A stretch of DNA of 64,000 bases from an uncultured Parcubacteria group bacterium (GTDB taxonomy: Bacteria; Patescibacteriota; Patescibacteriia; UBA9934; CAMTUG01). The translations under genes and the position numbers were made by a program. Where the stretch lies: assembly GCA_947084965.1 (NCBI GenBank), contig CAMTUG010000001.1:211914-275913 (forward strand), in the 5' to 3' direction. Shown here in pieces: positions 17,028 through 25,800 of the stretch. Positions within the stretch are counted from its first letter, which is position 1; each line of letters begins with the position of its first letter. A model generated the notes under the pieces. That model was not told where the DNA came from, ran no database searches, and saw nothing but the letters and a program-made list of their open reading frames with translations.

Positions 17028-17102
17028 GCCGGCGTAGCTCAGTGGTAGAGCAACACTTTTGTAAAGTGAAGGTCGTCGGTTCAAATCCGACCGTCGGCTC
17101 CA
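17028..17102 (+). tRNA. tRNA-Thr(TGT)
   Basis: Cloverleaf, loop TTTGTAA, GGTTCAAATCC, CCA. Confidence 0.95.
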
Positions 17103-17157
17103 GAGTATTGACGAAATCAGCCCGTTTTGTTACTATCCCAGCACATAAATTTGCCAT

Positions 17158-17313
17158 ATGCCACAGGATCAACGCGCCAAAATGGAATGCACCGACTGCA
17201 AACACGTTGGCTATAACACCACTCGCAACAAAAAGACGCTTAAGGAACGCCTTCAGCTCTCCAAGTTCTGCAAGTGGTGCCGTCACCACACGACGCACAA
17301 AGAAACGAAATAA
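17158..17313 (+). CDS. rpmG: 50S ribosomal protein L33 (Zn-binding form)
   Basis: MPQDQRAKMECTDCKHVGYNTTRNKKTLKERLQLSKFCKWCRHHTTHKETK; TTGACG-17-TACTAT promoter upstream; below the ORF-track cutoff. Confidence 0.95.
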   Translation: MPQDQRAKMECTDCKHVGYNTTRNKKTLKERLQLSKFCKWCRHHTTHKETK

Positions 17314-17376
17314 TCAAAAGCCGCCTCCGGGCGGTTCTTGATTTTCCCCCAAGGAGTCGGTATAGTTCCGCCGCAT

Positions 17377-17451
17377 AGGGGTGTAGTGAAATGGTTATCA
17401 CTAGGGTCTCCAAAACCCTCATTCAGAGTTCGAATCTCTGCGCCCCTGCCA
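17377..17451 (+). tRNA. tRNA-Trp(CCA)
   Basis: AGGGT-CTCCAAA-ACCCT arm, GTTCGAAT, CCA. Confidence 0.95.
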
Positions 17452-17618
17452 AAAATTCCGACGGCTTTTGCCGGCGGGATTTTTGATAAGGCAGAGATTC
17501 GAACGGAGGGATGGTAAGGGAGGATACTCCCTTACATGTCGGGGGTGACAGGAGCGAAGCGACGACCAGAGGGGCGGAAGCCCCTCTGGGTTCGGTGAGA
17601 TTCTCTGCGCCCCTGCCA
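17452..17618. repeat. tRNA-Trp-mirroring element
   Basis: Inverted T-arm copy 17491-17504 and 17-bp direct repeat of the tRNA 3' end 17602-17618. Confidence 0.8.
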
Positions 17619-17846
17619 CGTCGGTCGCGACCGACGTGGCCTGCCACTTGCGTTGGGTGGCAGGCCTCCGGGGTCGTGCCAACATGATTCAAAAGAACGC
17701 CGAAAGGCGTTCTTTTGTTATGGTAGAATAATGTTGGTATATGGTACTTCTACATCCTACAAAGCCAGAAGGATACGAACTACGATAGCCTGGCACCATA
17801 ATTTGAAATCCATTAGAAGACTCTGCGATACTATTTTCCTACCTGT

Positions 17847-18473
17847 ATGCCAAGACTTCTCGTTAGCGAACCGATGCCGTGGGCGATCATGGTCTTTGGA
17901 TTCCTGAGCATCATTCCGTTGTTGACTACAGCACTGTTCGGTTGGCGCACGTTCGATGCAGCATCAGCGATGCTCCGCGGAGAGGAGCGCTTGCAGACGA
18001 TCTGTCTCGACGTTGCCCCTCCGCCGATCTGTATGACCACTGAGGCCTATCCGGCATTCCTGCCAAGTGCGGTGGGGCTTGTGATAAGCATTCTCGGCCT
18101 CGTTGCTTGTTGGGTGTTGGCGGCTAGAAAGCGGGCTGTGTGGATGGATGGAGACGGAACGATGCGCGTGACGTGGGGCGACGGTCGTGGCCCTGTGGTG
18201 TTGCGTCGGTTTTTGCTTGAAGCGCTGAGTGACTTTTCTGTCACGCGCGAGCGGCGCGTAACCCTTTCACCTATTGTTGGCACGAGCGTCACGCGCGTGG
18301 GACGAGCACCAGATCGTTGGCGACTGCGTGCGACGTTCAAAGGCGGAACGGCAGACTTGGGGAGCTACCCGAGTGAGGAAGCGGCGAAGAAGATCGTCCG
18401 TCTGGTCACATCAGTGCGGAACAATGAGCAGGACGATGAAAGCGGCATCTGGTATTATGGTCGTTCAAATTGA
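17847..18473 (+). CDS. Hypothetical two-TM membrane protein
   Basis: Two hydrophobic helices then a beta-rich domain. Confidence 0.6.
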   Translation: MPRLLVSEPMPWAIMVFGFLSIIPLLTTALFGWRTFDAASAMLRGEERLQTICLDVAPPPICMTTEAYPAFLPSAVGLVISILGLVACWVLAARKRAVWMDGDGTMRVTWGDGRGPVVLRRFLLEALSDFSVTRERRVTLSPIVGTSVTRVGRAPDRWRLRATFKGGTADLGSYPSEEAAKKIVRLVTSVRNNEQDDESGIWYYGRSN

Positions 18474-18481
18474 AACGATGT

Positions 18482-18691
18482 ATGGAAACAGATCAACCAG
18501 CACAAACGATCGATGACCTGATGGACGCAGGGACGGGTTTGGTCATCGAGGTTAGTCGACTGGATGCGGCGCTCGCCAAGCGACTTGGGGAGCATCTGTT
18601 TGCCTGGCGCTCACTTGCTTGCCGCGGGTTCGGTGTTTCCGAAGATGGTTTAGATGTGTTACGTAGGCATTTCGATCGTAGGGGTGAATAA
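18482..18691 (+). CDS. Small hypothetical protein
   Basis: Fills the gap between co-oriented genes; TATG start. Confidence 0.45.
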   Translation: METDQPAQTIDDLMDAGTGLVIEVSRLDAALAKRLGEHLFAWRSLACRGFGVSEDGLDVLRRHFDRRGE

Positions 18692-18712
18692 AATAATTGT
18701 ACATCGAAACGT

Positions 18713-19180
18713 ATGCGCACGTTTACGCGTAAACCGTGGCTTGTGAAAACGGATCGACTGTTCTATGGACTTTTTCCTGCGTTCATCGGGATCGGGCTTA
18801 TCGCAGCTGCATGGGGGTTGCAGGGCACGGCCGGGGTGCCGGCGGTGGCCATTTGGCTCTGGGGTACGATGGGGATCTTATTGATCGGATTTGGAGGTTG
18901 GCTGTATAAGCGCGCTCCTGTCCCGACGCGGATCAGTATTGATGAAACTTCCGTACGCATTGAGTATGATCGTATGACACCTGTCATCATTCCGCGGAGC
19001 GCCGTGACCAATGTGAATATAGGAATGGTGCGCACCCAGTCTAGCAACAACCATATAACGTATCGTGAAAACGGGATCGTAAAGCACGCGATTCTCCTTA
19101 GTGGGTATCGTGACGACGAAGGGAAAAGATACAGTGGGCGGGCTCTTGTCAAAGAATTGCGCTCAATCCTCCTTTCATAA
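18713..19180 (+). CDS. Hypothetical two-TM membrane protein (PH-like soluble domain possible)
   Basis: Two TM helices then a beta-strand-rich region. Confidence 0.65.
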   Translation: MRTFTRKPWLVKTDRLFYGLFPAFIGIGLIAAAWGLQGTAGVPAVAIWLWGTMGILLIGFGGWLYKRAPVPTRISIDETSVRIEYDRMTPVIIPRSAVTNVNIGMVRTQSSNNHITYRENGIVKHAILLSGYRDDEGKRYSGRALVKELRSILLS

Positions 19181-19210
19181 AAAAGATCTCTCGGGTGAGA
19201 GATCTTTTTT
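19179..19210. terminator. Bidirectional intrinsic terminator
   Basis: AAAAAGATCTCTC-GGGT-GAGAGATCTTTTTT between convergent genes. Confidence 0.85.
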
Positions 19211-19224
19211 ATGATGGATGTTTG

Positions 19225-19773
19225 TTAGTCGATCTTGAGGGTGGGTGCCACGGCCGTGCGGATGACGTCGCAACCGTTTTCTTTGCCCGCTGAGTAACCG
19301 CTTCCACAGCTGCCGGCGAACAGGAGTGTTGATGCACTGACGGCGGTCGGATAGAGCGTCCCACCCGCGGCACAGATATCAAAGTCTTGTTTAAAACTCT
19401 CAAGGGTTCCGTAAGCCGGAACGTTCGGTGCGAGAGTGACGGTCCAGGTCGGCATTTCATAGTCGCCGGCGATCGTAAACGTGTATCGTTGTTGAGCTGT
19501 TCCAGCGAAGAGGCGTTCGAGGTCTAGATAATACGAAGCATCGCGGGCATAGCCACATTCTTCGGCTTGGGTATAGAGCGTTTCTGCATCGATCAATGAT
19601 GCATCGGTTCCATCTGGCAGGATCGTCTCTGTGGTCACGGAGATCTTCCCATCCGCCGGGAGAGTGTATTGGAGCGGAGAAAGACTCCAAGGCTCTGATG
19701 TTGGCGCCGACGATCCGGCACACCCCCCGCCGACCAAAAGGAGGGCGATGCTTAGGATAAGAAGATTGCGCAT
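19225..19773 (-). CDS. Putative lipoprotein
   Basis: Signal peptide ending GGGC; four further Cys. Confidence 0.75.
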   Translation of the reverse strand: MRNLLILSIALLLVGGGCAGSSAPTSEPWSLSPLQYTLPADGKISVTTETILPDGTDASLIDAETLYTQAEECGYARDASYYLDLERLFAGTAQQRYTFTIAGDYEMPTWTVTLAPNVPAYGTLESFKQDFDICAAGGTLYPTAVSASTLLFAGSCGSGYSAGKENGCDVIRTAVAPTLKID

Positions 19774-19899
19774 AGCAGACAGAATTTACATGACAATACC
19801 TTTAGGATACCCCAAAACGTGATGGGGGCAAAAGGTCCTTTTTCTAATGACAGGATAACGCGTTCCTAGTATACTTACGCTATTCTTTCTTTTGCCTTT

Positions 19900-22800
19900 A
19901 TGTTTAAGCGGTTCGTCTGTCTGCTCGGGGTCCTTTCAGCAGTTTTTATTTTTGCCGGGGCAGAACCGGTGCACGCCGCGGCCTACACCTGGGATGGCGG
20001 GGGATCGACGAATAATTGGAGCGATTGTTTGAACTGGTCGACTAATGTCTGTCCGGTCGGAGCTGATACCGTAACCTTTGATGCCACCAGCACCAAAAAC
20101 GCTTCGATCGATGCCTCATGGGGTGGTTCAATTACGGGAATCACGATCGCCTCGGGTTATTCAGGAACGGTCTCTGTTGATCGTTCATTGGCGGTTAGTG
20201 GCGCATTTAGCATTGCCGCTGGCGCCTTTAACGGCACATCACAAAGCATAGACTTCAACGGGTCAGTGACCATTTCCGGAGGAACATTCACGGCTTCTTC
20301 TGGCTCGATGACTATGGCCGGCGGGTTTACCCATACAGCCGGGGGAACGTTTGCTCACAATAACGGTTCCATCACCATGGACGGCAGTACAGCGTTCACA
20401 TGGAATGTCGCTGTCACCGAGGAACTCTATAATCTCACCATCAACAACACCAGTACATCGGCGATCACTGTTGCGAGCGGCGACACATTGAATGTTAATA
20501 ACACCTTGACCTTCACTGACGGCTCGATCGCGACGGGTACGATCGCCGGTAAAGGGGCGACGATCGTCGTCGACGCTGGATGGGGAACGGGTTCAAACTC
20601 GAGCGGGACGTTGCTTGTGAACGGTGGCGGTGCGCAAACAGTCACCATCGCCCCACAGTCGAACGCCTCATTTGAAGCCTTTGATCAGCTCACCTTGAAC
20701 AACGCCTTAGCATCGATCACAGGGACAGGCGGCGCGGGTGCCATCGGTCTGGATAAGATTACCCTGACCGCTGGAACATTGAACGTTACTGGGTACACCT
20801 TGATCGCCAACGAAACGATGACGATTAACGGCGGTACCTTGACGCTCGGCACGACGGGGACATCGACGATCGGTTCAACCTTCAATCTTTCTGCTGGCAT
20901 CTTCAACGGCGGTTCTGCGACCGTTGATTTTAATGGCACTGTGACGATCTCTGGCGGGACGTTCAACGCATCTTCCGGTTTGCAGACGATGGACAGTAAT
21001 TTCACCCATACTGCGGGCGGGACGTTCAATCATGGCAACGGCTCGATCACGATCGATGGGAGCACGGCCGTGACCTGGGACGTGTCGACCACGGAAAATC
21101 TGTATAATCTCACGATCAACAATACGAGTACGTCAGCGATGACGGTGGCAAGCGGGGATACTCTGAACGTCAACAATAACGCAACATTTACCGATGGTGG
21201 GATTATCACCGGAACGATCGCGGTCAAAGGGCCTGCCGTCTCGATCGGGACAAACTTCGGTTTTTCTGCTTTCTCCAACGGTACTTTGACGATCAACGGT
21301 TCCGGAGCGCAGACGGTGACGATGGCGGTGCTGGCGGGTGCGGGTTTTGAGCCGTTTGATCAGATTATCTTGAATAACGCTGCGGCCACCTTTGGCGGAA
21401 CAGGCGCGGCTGGCACATTAGCTTTCGATAAAGTGACGGTTACTGCCGGTGTCTTTGACATGACTGGCTACACATTTTCGGCCAACGAAGCGGTCGTGGT
21501 CAATGGGGGGACGATGACCATGGGAACGTCTGGAACAAACACGTTTAGCGGCACATTCAGTCTTTCTTCGGGGACGTTCAACGGTGGGTCCGGGAATGTG
21601 AATGACTTTAACAGCACCATCACGATTTCCGGTGGAACGTTCAACGCTTCATCGGCCACAACGACTGCGGCTGGTGACTACACTCACTCGGCAGGCGGAG
21701 TGTTCAATCACAACAATGGGTTGTTTACCATCGACGGATCCTCTGGCTCGACGATTGATATTGGTACCACCGAGACGTTTTACGACTTGACGATAAATAA
21801 CAGCGCCACGACGGCGTTAACGCTCACGAGCGGAACGACACTGAATGTCAATAATGCATTGACGCTGACGGATGGAGGTTGGCTCTCGGGTACGATCGCG
21901 GCTAAAGGGCCAACGACGACGATCGGGGCCGGCTTTGGTTTCGCGACGATCGCCGCTGGTACGCTGACCATTAATGGCGTCGGTGTCCAATCGGTGACGA
22001 TGGCCGCTCTTGCCGCCGGGTTTGAACCCGTTGATCAGCTGACGATCAACAACGCCTCAGCAACCTTGACGGGCACTGGGGCGTCCGGGGTGTTGGCTTT
22101 TGATAAGGTGACGGTCACAGCGGGTTTGTTTGACGCCACGGGATATACGGTTTCCATCAATGAACCGGTTATCATCAACGGCGGTACCATGACCATGGGT
22201 AACTCCGGCACGAATACGTTCAACGGTACCTTCGCTATTTCTTCCGGAACGTTCAACGGCTCTGCTGCGACTCTGGATTTCAACAGTACCGTTACTGTGT
22301 CTGGGGGTATCATGAATTTCTCCTCAACCGTGACGTCGCTGGCCGGGACGTACACCCACACTGCCGGCGGCACGGTCAACTATAACGGCACGACCTTGAC
22401 CATCGATGGGGGCAGCGGCTCAACGTGGGACGTCTCGACCAACGAGACGGTACCGGCTTTGACCGTGGCTAAAACAGGAAGCGCGACATGGACGATCGCG
22501 ACGGGTGACACGATGATCGTTACGGGCACAACGCTTCTTACGGACGGCGAACTTTCTACGGGTGCGATTTCCGCCCGTGGCGACGTAACCGTTTCTTCCA
22601 CCTGGGACGGTGGGGCGGGGACATCCGTTCTCAGCTTGGATGGCTCGGGCGTTGTTGTGATGACCCACACCAACGGCGGCAACAACACGGAGCCAGCAAA
22701 TACCTTGATCGTGAATAATGCCAACGCGACGGTCAACATGCCGGCGACAGGCGCTTCATTTGTCTGGGGGTTGGATATTCGTGCTGGTGTGGTCAATGTC

Positions 22801-25800
22801 AATGGTGGTGATCTGACTGTGGGGAGTACCTATACACAGTCCGGCGGGACATTCAACGGCGGAGCGGGGAGTGTGACTACTTCCACCACGTACACCCTTT
22901 CCGGCGGGACGTTCAATGCGCCAAGCGGCACCTTGAATCTTGTTGATGACTTCACCCATACCGCTGGTGGAACGTTCAATCATAACAACGGCTTGGTGAA
23001 GACGATCAATGCCGTGGATCTTACCTTTGACTTCAACGTCTCTGAGACGTTCTATAATTTTGAATCTTCAAAAACAACGAACTGGCAGACGATCATCACT
23101 TCTGGGGATTCGTTGATCGTCCTGAATACAGCGACCTTGACTGACGGTCGAATCATGACCGGAACACTTGAAATCAAAAATACGTTATCGATCGCATCGA
23201 CGTACGATTACGGCAATGCGAGCCTAACGTTTTCGGGAACGGTCGACCAAACATTCACACTTCCTTCAGGGCAATCTGCTTCCTGGGACATGCCGGCGCT
23301 TACGGTTAACAAGGCTTCAGGTACGCTGACGTTCGGTTCGGATGTGACGTTGGATTGCGGGGGCACGAGTTGCAACCTCGTTTTGCAACAAGGGGTGCTT
23401 TCTCTTAACGGGTTTGGCCTGCGAGTTAATGATTTCTCGATCAGTAATGGAACGTTTATTTCCGGAGCGAGCACGGTTGATATCGATGACGACTTGACGA
23501 TTACTGGCGGAACGTTTAACGCCACGACAGGGACGACCATCATCGGCGGGGATTTTACCCATACCGCCGGTGGGGTGTTCAATCATAATAACGGGACGGT
23601 GGAGTTCGATACGTCAAATGATCAGACCATTAACGTCAATGTTAACGAAACGTTTTATACGGTTCGCATCAGTAAAAACGGTTTTCAACAGACGATTACT
23701 GCGGGGGACACGATTACGGTTCTCGGCAACCTATTGTTGACGGACGGTCGTTTTGGAACAGGAACGATTGATATGCAAGGCGCGGCGACGACCATCGCTT
23801 CAACTTATGACCCCAGTGATGTCACATTGAAGTTCACCGGTACGGCAGCACAGACGCTTGACTTGACCGGAGCGGCCGCCGTATTTGATGGGCCAGTAAC
23901 GATCGATAAGCCTTCTGGCGAAGTTGCTTTGCTCTCTGCTCTGACGATGGACACAAGCAGTCGCACCTTGACGTTGCAATCCGGAACGCTGAATCGGAAC
24001 GGGTTCGCTTTGACTGTCCACCACTACACCCAGACAGGCGGGACGTTCTCAAGTAGTGCGGGCAACGTTGACGTGAACGGTACGTTTACGCTTTCTGGGG
24101 GTACGTTCTCTGCCTCATCTGGAACGACGTTTTTTGGCGGTGCTTATACCCATACCGCCGGTGGAACGTTCGATCACAATAACGGTCGGGTGGAATTTGA
24201 CACCGCGGTGGACATTACTGCAGACGTTATCGGATCGGAGACGTTTTATGATCTGGCCATTACCAAAGCTGGGAATCTGGTCACGTTGGGGGCGGGCGAC
24301 ACGTTGATCGCCACCGGCGATCTGTATCTCACAGATGGTCGTTTTGGTGGCGGCACGATCGAAGCACGCGGCAACGTGACCGTGGCCTCGACGTTTGATA
24401 TTGGTAATGCTGCCTACACGTTTACCGGGAGCGCTGTTCAGACCTTTACTCTCGGAGTTGCTGCCAACATCGACGGCGACGTCACTGTGAACAAGAGCGG
24501 CGGATCGGTGGTACAGGTCGGAACGCTTACCCTGAACGCCGCATCACAAGATCTGACGATCGTTTCCGGAACGTATGATTTGAACGGCTCCAATCTCACT
24601 GTGAACGGCAGTAGCGGTACGTTAGTTGTACAGAATGGGGGTGTGCTTCAGCTTCAAGGTGGAGAAGTGGTCACTCTGAATGTCAGTAACCCGACGTTCC
24701 AGGCCGGAAGTTTGGCTCGCTACACCGGAACGGTCGGCCCGTATACCCTCAAGAACTGGACGTACAGATCGATCACGGTCGACGGAGGGGCAGCATCTGT
24801 TTTTGCTCTGCCAGGGGCGCTTTCTCTCCCTGCAGATCTGACGATCACTTCTGGAATCGTAAGTTTGGGGGGCAATGCGTTGACCGTTTCAGGAACGTTC
24901 TCAAATGACGGCACATTACGATTACGCGGGAACGAAACGGTGACGCTCACCAACGATGCTGATTCTGGAACGGTGGAATATGTCGGCGACGGCGATGCTG
25001 CGGCCGATGCCTATGTTCTTCAGAACTGGCCGTACTACCATCTCACCTTGGCCTTTGTGGACGCCCTTGATTCCGCGTCAGCCGGTGGAACACCGCTCGA
25101 CATCAATGGATCGTTTACGCTCAGCGCGGGGACGTTTACCGCTCCAGCGACGATGACCGTAGCTGGAAATTTTGCCCATAGTGGTGGGGTGTTCACGCAT
25201 AACAACGGTACGGTGGTTCTTGATGGGTTGAATCAGACCGTCTCAGGGACAACGACCTTTAATCACTTCACAAAATCTGTTAGTTCAGCAGCGACCCTGA
25301 CTCTTCCGGCAACAGCGACCCAGACGTTTGTCGGGACGATGACGCTGACGGGTGCGAGCGGGCAGCGTCTTTCCTTGCGCAGTTCTACGCCGGGGGTGCA
25401 GGCGCTGATCGATCCACAAGGGACTCGGACCGTTTCCTATCTCGACGTCCAAGACAACAATAACGCCAATGCAACGATGATCGTCTGCTCGACGGGGTGT
25501 GTTGAAGGCACCAACGTGACAAATTGGTCGTTCACCACGCCAGGGATCACAGTCGGAGCCATCTCCGGTGACACCACTGAAGCGGGGGGTACCGCCACCT
25601 TCACCGTCGTTCTCGAATCTGAACCAACCGCAGACGTGACGATCGGCGTGAGTTCTTCGGACGTAACCGAAGGGACGGTTGATCCGGCCTCCCTCACCTT
25701 TACTTCGCTCAACTGGGATACTCCACAAACGGTCACGGTTACTGGCACCGATGACTTCGTGATTGATGGCAGTGTTGTCTTCTCGATCGTTCTTGAGCCA

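Noticed and set aside
17042-17341. 99-aa ORF over tRNA-Thr and rpmG
   Set aside because: Overlaps a clear tRNA and the L33 gene in another frame.
17435-17618. attL/attR of a prophage or genomic island
   Set aside because: The repeats enclose only ~150 nt with no integrase; reported instead as a mini-element.
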